Assembly: GCA_963666425.2 (NCBI GenBank)
Contig: OY762825.2
Location: 1,440,001-1,504,000, forward strand
Direction of reading: 5' to 3'
DNA from: Bacillota bacterium
GTDB taxonomy: Bacteria > Bacillota > JAAYKD01
Length of the DNA stretch: 64,000 bases
The stretch's first letter is position 1. Each line of letters begins with the position of its first letter. The notes below the pieces were generated by a model that was given only the letters and a program-made list of their open reading frames with translations, was not told the DNA's origin and did not search any database. This document shows, in pieces, positions 52,689 to 61,626 of the stretch. Both the position numbers and the translations under genes were made by a program.

Positions 52689-54086
52689 ATGAATGTTATG
52701 CTGCCAGGTAAAACCGCAAAGACTGCGATTGAAAAAGAGCGTGCTGCTTTAGAAGCCTTAAGTTTAGAGATTTGGAACCATCCGGAGGGTCCTTTCGCGG
52801 AATACATTGCCAGTCGTGCCATCACGGAATTATTACGAAAAAACGGTTTTCAGGTAGAAGAGGGGTATGCCGGTATCCCGACAGCCATCCGCGCCAGCTG
52901 GGGCAGCGGAAAACCGGTCATCGGTTTTTTGGGCGAATATGATGCCCTCCCCGGCCTCAGCCAAAAACTGCAGACGACACAGGAAGCGGTAGCAGCCGGC
53001 GGTTACGGTCAGGGCTGCGGGCATAACTTGCTGGGTGTTGCCCATGTCGGCGCCGTGATCGGCTTAAAAAACGAAATGGAAGCCGAACAATTGCCCGGAA
53101 CCGTGGTCTTTTATGGCTGCCCTGCCGAAGAAATCCTGACCGGGAAAGGTTACATGGCGCGCGGCGGAGCCTTCCGCGACTTGGATGCCGCTATCGCCTT
53201 CCATCCCGCCAATGTCAATGCCGTATCCGGTCAAAACGTGGGTTTAAATTCGGTCAAGTTTAATTTCCGCGGCCGCACAGCCCATGCCGGTGGGGATCCG
53301 CAAAACGGACGCAGCGCTTTGGATGCCGTAGAATTAACCAACGTTGCCGCCAATTACCTGCGAGAACATGTCACGACGGATGTTCGCATCCACTATATTA
53401 TTACAAACGGCGGTTTAGCGCCCAATATTGTGCCCGATAAAGCGCAGGTTTGGTATTATGTCCGCGCTCCCAAACGGGAACAGGTAGTAGAAGTTTACAA
53501 CCGTTTGGTCAAAGTAGCGGAAGGTGCCGCCATGATGACGGAAACCAGCCTCGAAGTAGAACTTCTGGGCGGCTGCTATCCGATTTTGAACAATCAGGTG
53601 CTGGCCAATGTCATTCAGGACGCCATGCAGGAAACCCCCAGACCGGAATATAGTGCCGAGGAACAGCAGTTCGCGGAAGCGCTCAATGCGACTACCGCTC
53701 AGGAATCGGCCGCTTACCATCAGGCGCTGCACGTTCCGATTGGTGAGGGCATCAGCAGAGATGTGCTGCCGCTCAGCGAAAACAAGGAATACGGCTCCAC
53801 CGATGTCGGTGATGTCGGTCATATCGTACCGACCATTTACTTCTACGCCACTTGCTACAATCTGGCAGCCCCCGGGCACAGCTGGCAAATCACAGCTTGT
53901 TCCGGTTCTTCCATCGGACAAAAGGGCATGCTGTTTGCTGCCAAGGCGATGGCTGTCTTTGGCAGCCGCTTGCTGCGTGAGCCCCAGTTAGTGGCCGCTG
54001 CTAAGACTGAATTTGAGGCCGTGATGGCCGGCAGTGTTTACGAATGTCCGATCCCTGCTGATTTACCGATTCCCGCTGCCAAATAG
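52689..54086 (+). CDS. M20 amidohydrolase (AbgB-like)
   Basis: GEYDALPGL, GCGHNLLG, GCPAEE, TAHAG..GRSALDAVEL, GSTDVGDV. Confidence 0.85.
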   Translation: MNVMLPGKTAKTAIEKERAALEALSLEIWNHPEGPFAEYIASRAITELLRKNGFQVEEGYAGIPTAIRASWGSGKPVIGFLGEYDALPGLSQKLQTTQEAVAAGGYGQGCGHNLLGVAHVGAVIGLKNEMEAEQLPGTVVFYGCPAEEILTGKGYMARGGAFRDLDAAIAFHPANVNAVSGQNVGLNSVKFNFRGRTAHAGGDPQNGRSALDAVELTNVAANYLREHVTTDVRIHYIITNGGLAPNIVPDKAQVWYYVRAPKREQVVEVYNRLVKVAEGAAMMTETSLEVELLGGCYPILNNQVLANVIQDAMQETPRPEYSAEEQQFAEALNATTAQESAAYHQALHVPIGEGISRDVLPLSENKEYGSTDVGDVGHIVPTIYFYATCYNLAAPGHSWQITACSGSSIGQKGMLFAAKAMAVFGSRLLREPQLVAAAKTEFEAVMAGSVYECPIPADLPIPAAK

Positions 54087-54100
54087 CCAGGAGGTTCGCC

Positions 54101-55249
54101 ATGCTGTCTGCTCAACAATTAGCCAATTCCTATGTTACGGTCGATTTCGGCAAATTTCAACACAACTTGCAGCGGGTGCAGTCGTATCTGAACCCCGGCA
54201 CGGAATTGATGTTTACCGCTAAATCCAACGGTTATGGTCATGGCTTAACCGAGATGGCGCTTTATGCAGCAGAGCATTGCGGGATTCGCAAAATCGCAAC
54301 CGCAATGATTCTGGAAGCAGTGACGCTGCGGCAAGCTGGCTACACTGGTTTTCTGATGGTGTTGGGAGGAATTCCGCCGGCTGCTCTGCCCGCGGTGGCA
54401 GACTACGATCTGGTCACAGCTTGTTATAATGCAGATTTGGCGGTCCGCTTGAATGAACTGGCAGCAAAAGCCGGTAAAGTGCTGGACATCCATCTCAAAA
54501 TTGACAGCGGCATGCATCGTTTGGGCGTCACACCCGGTGATGAGCTGCAACAGCTCCTGGACGTTTTAAAAAAGCTATCTCATTTACACATCGATGGCTG
54601 CTTTACACATTTGGCGAACGCCGATGAGGCGGATCAGCTTGTCAGCAATCGGCAGTTGGATCTCTTCGATCAAGCCATCGATCAATTGCATGCCAACGGC
54701 ATAGAACCGCGGTGGCTGCATACAGCCGGTTCCGATGCAGTGATCACCTGCCGCCGCAGTCATTATAATCTGGTGCGCCCGGCTGCGATCCTTTATGGCT
54801 ATGATACCGCTGAAGGTCCTTTTAATCGCTTGGGTGTCGAACCCGTCTTGAGTTGGCATGCGGTTGTAACCAATATCCGCACCGTTCAGCCTGGTGAAGC
54901 TGCCGGCTATAGCGGCTTTTATCGGCCAACCCAAGCCACTCGTCTGGCGATTGTCGGGTTCGGCGCCAGCGATGGTTACCTGCGTGCGCTGGTCAGTCAG
55001 GAACCAAACAAGAATGGCTATGTTCTGATTCATGGTCAAAAGGCGGCAGTGGTCGCTATTTGCATGGACCAAAGCTTTGTCGATATTTCGCAGATCCCGG
55101 AAACCAAGATCGGCGATACGGTAACCGTGCTGGGCAGCGATCAATCGCTCAGCGTGACTGCCTATGAGTTGAAAGCGCTCAGTCATACCACCATTGGTTA
55201 TGTTTTAGCATCGATCAGCTCCCGTCCGCCGCGGATTTATCTCAATTAG
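54101..55249 (+). CDS. alr: Alanine racemase-family PLP racemase
   Basis: AKSNGYGHG, HLKIDSGMHRLG, FTH, VRP, AGYS, ICMDQ. Confidence 0.8.
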   Translation: MLSAQQLANSYVTVDFGKFQHNLQRVQSYLNPGTELMFTAKSNGYGHGLTEMALYAAEHCGIRKIATAMILEAVTLRQAGYTGFLMVLGGIPPAALPAVADYDLVTACYNADLAVRLNELAAKAGKVLDIHLKIDSGMHRLGVTPGDELQQLLDVLKKLSHLHIDGCFTHLANADEADQLVSNRQLDLFDQAIDQLHANGIEPRWLHTAGSDAVITCRRSHYNLVRPAAILYGYDTAEGPFNRLGVEPVLSWHAVVTNIRTVQPGEAAGYSGFYRPTQATRLAIVGFGASDGYLRALVSQEPNKNGYVLIHGQKAAVVAICMDQSFVDISQIPETKIGDTVTVLGSDQSLSVTAYELKALSHTTIGYVLASISSRPPRIYLN

Positions 55250-55419
55250 GCAAGCCTGGCGCTGAGGAGACGGAAAATCATGTGTTTTTTACCTTATTGC
55301 GCCTGCTTTCCTGCCTTTACTGTAAATGTTATACAAATGTAACACATCCAGCCAGATTTTTACTGTATCATGAAGATAGACTTTAAAAAGTCAATCAAAT
55401 ACAAGAGGTGAAATGAATT

Positions 55420-55770
55420 ATGAACGAACAAAAATGCACTACCAAAAATACTATATGCTTTATTCTGAAACTGCTTTTTGTCAACCTTATCGTACACGCC
55501 TGTGTTTACGGCGTTGTGCATCTGATCAAAAAGCACAAAGGCTTCTCATGCTGCGGTCACCATAGTCATTCTGTCTGCCACTGCGGCGACGACTGCGACT
55601 GTGATGAAGACGAGTGTGACTGCGACTGCGATGATGAAGAATGCGATTGCGACGAAGAATGCGACTGTGAAGACAAAGCCTGCGAATGCGGCTGCGGCTG
55701 TGGCAAAGAAACCGTAGAAACCGAACCGTGCCATTGCGAAGAAAAAGCAGAAGCAACCAAACCTGAGTAA
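55420..55770 (+). CDS. Membrane-anchored Cys/Asp/Glu-rich metallothionein-like protein
   Basis: 116 aa, 22 Cys mostly as CxC, a His patch, N-terminal hydrophobic segment; own RBS (GAGGTG) and downstream terminator. Confidence 0.65.
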   Translation: MNEQKCTTKNTICFILKLLFVNLIVHACVYGVVHLIKKHKGFSCCGHHSHSVCHCGDDCDCDEDECDCDCDDEECDCDEECDCEDKACECGCGCGKETVETEPCHCEEKAEATKPE

Positions 55771-55781
55771 TGTAAAACAGC

Positions 55782-55820
55782 AAAAAACCGCCTGAAACAA
55801 AAGTTTCAGACGGTTTTTTT
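55782..55820. terminator. Bidirectional terminator
   Basis: AAAAAACCGCCTGAAAC..GTTTCAGACGGTTTTTTT. Confidence 0.8.
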
Positions 55821-55853
55821 CATAGCTGCTTAGCAAATATTCTGCCGAATTAT

Positions 55854-55897
55854 TTATGCATTACATCGTAGTCTTCCTGGTCTTTGAACTGCATTTC
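55854..55897. repeat. att site (direct repeat of the ABC-transporter gene 3' end)
   Basis: 43/44 identity to 61631-61674; 35-bp perfect core ACATCGTAGTCTTCCTGGTCTTTGAACTGCATTTC. Confidence 0.92.
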
Positions 55898-56057
55898 ATT
55901 TAGATAAATTCCAAAATGCGAATCAAAATAGGTATTAGAACGCGTGTATTCCGTGTTTTTTGGTTCGTTTTCGATGACTTATGTATAAAAAAGTTTTTCC
56001 GTTGCGGACAGGGTTGCGGACAAATAAGTAAAGAAAACAATATATCGAACGATATTT

Positions 56058-57278
56058 CTAAACACTAATACCTTTAGAATAAGCAAATAATATTCTTGGT
56101 TGCGGAACATCACTTAGCCCCTGTGGTAATCTAATAACTTTGAGTCTGCCTTCAAGCATCAATTTATGAAGGAGATTTTCTCCATGATCTTTATTATCCA
56201 TAGTTGCCCCATATGTTTTAAGTAACTTTATAACACTGCTCATTTGGGTTTTCGTAATCTCTTTAGCTTTTCCTGCACAATAAATTGAGTAAAAAAACTT
56301 AAGAACTATCTTAGTATGATATATGTCATAGAAATCGAATATGCTTTGAAAATACGAGTAATCAAACTGGCTTAATGAGTGCCCGTAAAACCTTATAGTA
56401 TCTGTATCCGAAGTCAATACTTCTGGGACATTGCTCATAGTGGTCTGGGGGGAATTCATGAGTCTAGCTGTCTTAGTAAATGCATATCTAGGTGATTCAG
56501 TACCAATTTCACTATATTCTGACAATGCATCTCTGCTTGCCATTTCATCAATACCAAAAATTACGTTATCCTCTGTAGCTTGACCATGAATCGAAACAAA
56601 ATTCCTATATAATGGTTTATCTTTACCAATAAATGCCTCTTTAATGCTTTTTGTATAATTAAAACTCAAAATCGAAGTATGTTTCAGACGATTATTTGTT
56701 ACATCTCCTTTAGATTTGTCTTCAATTATTTCTAAGAAAAGTTTTTTTATTGTATTCAAAGTATCCTGAGTTGATAATGAATCTTGATTGTTGATATATC
56801 CTGCAAACTTCTGTTCGAATTTTATCAGTTCACCATACTGATACTCATACATATCTTCTTTGCTTAACATACTTTCTAGACAGAAATTATTCAGTGCTGT
56901 GGTATAGTGATAATCACTATTATTCTTCTTTTTAAGGTAAACTCTTAAACTATGACAATATGCCCCCTTTAGATAATCATCCCAATCACTTTGGTTTCCT
57001 ATATTTATAATCTCAGATATCACATTTTCAACATCGGTCCAATTCTTGATTTTAGCATTCTTGAGTATATAGAAAATGATATCCCAAAATGTTACATTTG
57101 GGTATTTTTCTTTGCATGATTTCATTTTATCTAACTGTGATTCTATTAAACCATCCATCTCATCACAAAGTCTTTTGACCGACCCTTCTCTTTCCATTTC
57201 AGAAAAATAATCATTATAACTGGTTTTCATACCTACGTTTAAATCAAAACCATTCCCTAAGATTACTAAATCCGCCAC
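56058..57278 (-). CDS. abiH: AbiH-family abortive infection protein
   Basis: LVILGNGFDL..MKTSY..Y, SFNYT, IHG..VIFG, FTKT, YGHSLSQFDYSYF. Confidence 0.85.
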   Translation of the reverse strand: MADLVILGNGFDLNVGMKTSYNDYFSEMEREGSVKRLCDEMDGLIESQLDKMKSCKEKYPNVTFWDIIFYILKNAKIKNWTDVENVISEIINIGNQSDWDDYLKGAYCHSLRVYLKKKNNSDYHYTTALNNFCLESMLSKEDMYEYQYGELIKFEQKFAGYINNQDSLSTQDTLNTIKKLFLEIIEDKSKGDVTNNRLKHTSILSFNYTKSIKEAFIGKDKPLYRNFVSIHGQATEDNVIFGIDEMASRDALSEYSEIGTESPRYAFTKTARLMNSPQTTMSNVPEVLTSDTDTIRFYGHSLSQFDYSYFQSIFDFYDIYHTKIVLKFFYSIYCAGKAKEITKTQMSSVIKLLKTYGATMDNKDHGENLLHKLMLEGRLKVIRLPQGLSDVPQPRILFAYSKGISV

Positions 57279-57489
57279 TTCTATTCCACCTCCACATTAT
57301 TGAACTATCGCCAACAGCTAATTCTGCATAATAATTGGTAACAATATACAAATAATATACACCGATTAACAAGTGAAATCAATAACTAATTTATTCAAAT
57401 TTCGTTCAACGTATACACCAAAAACAGCCGGCAGAGATTATCCCCCATCGGCTGTTTTGCATATATACCCTACTTAATCATCCGCTCCA

Positions 57490-58062
57490 TTACGGCATGC
57501 GCTTATTGATGATGCGGTCAAGGATTACCAAGGACCGGACCATATCCTCAGACAAATCAAGTCCGGATCCGGTCCCCTGCAGCACTTCTTCATCAATCAA
57601 TTTCTGAATCGTAGGCTGATAATACGAAGGCAGCTCTTCAAACTTCTGGTATCGCTTTCCTTTTTCTTCAATATCAACCTCGTACAATTCAGCGCTTGGC
57701 TTGTAACCGTTGACGTTCGTATACGTTCCGTAAACTTCCCGGATATATCGTCCCGGTCCACCCGGTAATACTTGGCCGTCAATGCCATCGTGTTTATCAT
57801 AGAAAGCGTAGAATCCAATATGCTGTTTCTCCACAGCTTCCTTGTATCCATAACCAACTGTCTTGACATTCTGCCGAATCCAATCAAGTGTATTCGGATC
57901 AAGAATCAAGTCCTTCCATTCAGCCGATGGATAGATGGTCCGGCCAAGAATTTTCTTCTGGTATGTTTCCGGTTCAACAGAAATCAGCATCCAATGATGA
58001 TGCGCTGCATAGCCATCAAAACTATTGCCTGGTAAATGCGCTTTTAGCAAGGTTGCTTTCAT
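57490..58062 (-). CDS. Phage lysis-module protein, endolysin-like C-terminal domain
   Basis: ATGA overlap with the holin relic; C-terminal PTIQKLIDEEVLQGTGSGLDLSEDMVRSLVILDR resembles clostridial lysin tails; catalytic domain not recognised. Confidence 0.5.
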   Translation of the reverse strand: MKATLLKAHLPGNSFDGYAAHHHWMLISVEPETYQKKILGRTIYPSAEWKDLILDPNTLDWIRQNVKTVGYGYKEAVEKQHIGFYAFYDKHDGIDGQVLPGGPGRYIREVYGTYTNVNGYKPSAELYEVDIEEKGKRYQKFEELPSYYQPTIQKLIDEEVLQGTGSGLDLSEDMVRSLVILDRIINKRMP

Positions 58063-58250
58063 TCGCTCACGTCCTCCTTTTGTTTGGCTTTCGTACCAAG
58101 CAAATCAACAGCATTGTAAAGAATATCCGGCAGCGGAACATCCATCAGCTTGGCCAATTCCAGGATACTGACCAGTTCAAAAAACATAAACCCAATCGCA
58201 ACCGCGTTCCTAACATAATCAGTACTCATAATCAAATCAATCCTATGAGC
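58059..58250 (-). pseudogene. Phage holin (holin_4_1-like), 5'-truncated
   Basis: AHRIDLIMSTDYVRNAVAIGFMFFELVSILELAKLMDVPLPDILYNAVDLL; in-frame stop just upstream. Confidence 0.7.
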
Positions 58251-58494
58251 CGTTTCGTTCGTTTACTTCCTTTCGCATAGTTGACATTCCCTCCACGCTC
58301 AAATGCTGATAGCGATTTAGCGTCCCCAGAGCGTATTCTATGATTTTCTTTTGGTTTTGATACTCTTGGTCGTGTGGTGGATTTTGATGCGGTTTAAGGG
58401 TACCTAGCTAAAATCATCGGTTTTATTTTTCTTATATATTGTATTTTTTTGTTTATTCCCTTATACTGGAAATTGAGAGGAGAGGTGGTAAACA

Positions 58495-58890
58495 ATGGCT
58501 GATGTTGGTAAGACGATGGCACAAGCTATGCACTTAGCGCTGTCTTTCAATAATTATGAAAAGTTATTGAAACCACCGCGTAATTATAATTTAGCCGACT
58601 GGTTGTATGAGCAACTGCTAGAATCTATATCAGTTTTCGAAGAATCGATTCCAGATGATATGCAGACAGGTGGAAGATTTGTTTCTTTTCAAGATATTGT
58701 TTTCAGTATTGATGATATCAGCTATGTAAATCCAAATATCATTGTGTTTTATGGAACACTACCAGATGGATCATCTGTAAAACTTTTGCAACATACATCT
58801 CAACTGAATATTCTCCTGTACCTCAACAAACTGTTGCCAAATGGGAATCAAATAAATCTTCGCCTCATCCAGAAATTGTTGCAAAAATAG
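58495..58890 (+). CDS. DUF6173-like protein, C-terminus probably replaced at a deletion junction (~58818)
   Basis: FEESIPDD..VSF..IDDISYVNPNIIVFYG..LLQHTSQLNILL. Confidence 0.65.
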   Translation: MADVGKTMAQAMHLALSFNNYEKLLKPPRNYNLADWLYEQLLESISVFEESIPDDMQTGGRFVSFQDIVFSIDDISYVNPNIIVFYGTLPDGSSVKLLQHTSQLNILLYLNKLLPNGNQINLRLIQKLLQK

Positions 58891-59350
58891 CAAGTGTATT
58901 CGGAGTAATCATTAACCCTTTAATGGGTATTGATACCGGAACTCCTCATCGTACCAAAAGGAGTCTGGATTCCAGTCCTCGGCAAGATCGCTGCTGGTGT
59001 CCCCCTGAAAGCCATTGAAGACTTCATCGATCCGACGAAATACGCAAGAAATTGCTGCGTTGGGTGAACACTTCGGTCTGCTTATCACCGGTAACAGCAT
59101 GGCTCAGCGAATCCAAGAGAAAGACGTCGTGAACGTAAGTAGGCAATCCGATTGTGAGATCGGAGATGTTTCAGTGGTCATGGTCAATGGCCATGATGCT
59201 ACGATAAAAAAAATAAAAAAAGGGCCCGATGGCATCATATTGATACCATCGAACCCCACATATGAGCCTGTATTTTACAGCAATGAGTAAATCGCCACTC
59301 TTCCTGTTACTATTATTGGTAAAGTGATAAAGTTATGAGGGGAATTTTAA
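58818..59350 (+). pseudogene. XRE-HTH / S24 peptidase (CI/LexA-like) phage repressor relic
   Basis: QQTVAKWESNKSSP..IASVFGV (HTH), IPVLGKIAAGVP, GNSM, ATIKK, LIPSNP..Y; frameshifts and internal stops. Confidence 0.8.
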
Positions 59351-59455
59351 ATAAGTCCTATTAATCTGGCTTCACATTTAGAAGTATAATTCAGACATTA
59401 AGTTACTTAGTTGTGATTTTCTCTATCAAAATCATACAATAAATATTTTACCTTT

Positions 59456-59854
59456 TTGGTAAAATATATCTTGCTTATATTGCGAGGAGGTGGTATCATC
59501 AATATACAGTATAAGAGTACAAAGGTCGAAAATTATTGCAATCTCTATTCAGTAGCAAAGAAAAAGTTCAACGAGCAAGTAGCACCGCATCTTATAGCAT
59601 TAGTGAATTTAATGAAAAATTCAAGCAATCTAGAAGATATTAACAAATTGCAAAATTATAATATTCACCATTTACATGGCGGAACCAAGGGTAAACGTAT
59701 CTTTGGCGTTGATGTAGCAGGAAGAGACTCGGGATGGCGTATGCAAATAATCTTACTAGATGATTCTGGGGAACAAACTGATACAGACTCAAATACAACA
59801 TATGCAGATATTAAATCAATTAAAATAATGGAGGTAGGGATGCATTATGGCTAA
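59456..59854 (+). CDS. HigB/RelE-like toxin
   Basis: YNIHHLHGG..FGVDV..WRMQII..IMEVGMHY; 8-bp overlap with the HigA-like gene; true start uncertain. Confidence 0.65.
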   Translation: MVKYILLILRGGGIINIQYKSTKVENYCNLYSVAKKKFNEQVAPHLIALVNLMKNSSNLEDINKLQNYNIHHLHGGTKGKRIFGVDVAGRDSGWRMQIILLDDSGEQTDTDSNTTYADIKSIKIMEVGMHYG

Positions 59855-60968
59855 AAATGAACTTTTTACAGAATATAATGATATAGTAGCCATCCATCCC
59901 GGATACTATATAAAAAACGAGATCGAACAACTGGGTATTTCACAAGATGAATTTGCCATCAGCTTAGGTACCACTGGCAAATACGTAAGTGATTTAGTAA
60001 ATGGCAAAGCTTCTATTTCACAAGAAAGTGCAATTAAACTTTCAAAGCGGTTAGGTACTTCATCCGATGTTTGGTTAAATCTGCAACACGAATACTCTAT
60101 GCAGATTACTAAAATTATGGAATTAAAGACGATTGAACATGAAAAACCCTTACTGGATATATTGACATCTTCACAGTATTTCCAACAATTTAAAATAGAA
60201 GTACCGAGGAAAATGGTAGATAAATACAATAGTATCTGTAAGTATTTGCAAATATCCAACCTTTCAATGTTACAAAATTCGAATTTCTGCTTTAGCCCTA
60301 GAAAAGCAAATGCAACCGGATTAACAAATTATAATAATATTATAATAAATGCCTGGCTGCGGACCGCACAGAATTCAACTAATGAATTCAATGTACATGC
60401 TTATTCTAGTGAAGCCTTGGTAAATTTACTACCTGCAATCAGAGAACTAACACTAGAAAAACCTGATGTTTTTCAACCAAAATTGGATGAATATTTCAAA
60501 AATGCTGGGATTTATTTTATTGTGATGCCCTATTTGAAAAACTTATGCCTTAGGGGTGCTGTTTTTTGGACCGATAAAAGTTCAAAAAAGCCAGTAATCG
60601 CCATTAACGTTCGAGATAGATATGCTGATCAGTTTTGGTTCTCACTTTTTCATGAAATCAAACATATTCTACAAGGAAAAGCTATACAATCTGCTTACTA
60701 CACCTTCATTCCATCAAAATCATGTGAATTATCAGAAGATGCAAGAAAATTTGAAAATGAAGCTGATGAATTTGCTAGCGATTATTTGATTCCTAAAGAG
60801 AGATATCGCGATTTACTAGATAGCGATTTATCAAGAAAAACAATTATTGAATTTTCACATGACATCAAAATTCATCCTGGCATCGTTGTTGGTCGTTTGC
60901 AACACAACGAAAAATTAGGTTTTCACGAATTCAATGATTTAAGAGAAAAATATAGCGTCGAAGTTTAA
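59847..60968 (+). CDS. higA: HigA-family antitoxin HTH fused to an ImmA/IrrE (M78) metallopeptidase-like domain
   Basis: IHPGYYIK..ISQDEFA..WLNLQ; FWFSLFHEIKHIL, ENEADEFA, HPGIVVGRLQH. Confidence 0.85.
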   Translation: MAKNELFTEYNDIVAIHPGYYIKNEIEQLGISQDEFAISLGTTGKYVSDLVNGKASISQESAIKLSKRLGTSSDVWLNLQHEYSMQITKIMELKTIEHEKPLLDILTSSQYFQQFKIEVPRKMVDKYNSICKYLQISNLSMLQNSNFCFSPRKANATGLTNYNNIIINAWLRTAQNSTNEFNVHAYSSEALVNLLPAIRELTLEKPDVFQPKLDEYFKNAGIYFIVMPYLKNLCLRGAVFWTDKSSKKPVIAINVRDRYADQFWFSLFHEIKHILQGKAIQSAYYTFIPSKSCELSEDARKFENEADEFASDYLIPKERYRDLLDSDLSRKTIIEFSHDIKIHPGIVVGRLQHNEKLGFHEFNDLREKYSVEV

Positions 60969-61039
60969 CAAATTTCGACGCTAATTCATTGAACTTAGAA
61001 ATTCTGTACCTACTAGGGGTGCTCAAATTTGACCATAAA

Positions 61040-61460
61040 GTAAAAAACGCCAACAGTGAAGGGTCCGTTTACTGGTATGAGCCCAGGCAATGTTGGCGCG
61101 GATCCGTGACCATTGGCATTGATGCAAAAGGGAATCCACGAGGAAAAACTTGCTGCTGGTGCTTTATGGACTGAGAATTGCGATAGAATCATTCATACCA
61201 AAATGAGCAAAACGGTCCAATATGCAAATGCCTTATGGGGATTACATTATATCTGCGATCTCGCAGGCATAACCAGAATCTCTCCTCATCAGCTCCGCCA
61301 TAATTACGCTACCAGGCTGGTCACTGCAGGTGTTCATCCACGAGTCGCACAAGAGCTTCTTGGCCATGAGGACATTACAATGACTATGAAGATTACAGTC
61401 AAGTAACCAACGATGCACGGCAAGAAGCGGCTAAAAGACTAAGTGAATTGAAGTCACTTG
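61040..61460 (+). pseudogene. Tyrosine integrase relic (N-terminal arm domain joined to catalytic C-terminus; frameshifted)
   Basis: NSEGSVYW..WRGSVTIGID..G, then HQLRHNYATRL..QELLGHEDITMT; catalytic Tyr out of frame. Confidence 0.85.
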
Positions 61461-61626
61461 ATTTTTTTCGGAACCCGTTGCGGACGCGTTGCGGACAGAG
61501 CCAGAAATAAGCCACTAAAGCAGAAAAACAGCCGATTTGTATTTTCATACATAATTGGCTGTTTTCTTCATTATTATAGTGTTTTACAAGAAAATATTGC
61601 TTATTTTCAAGGCTTTAATGCGATTT

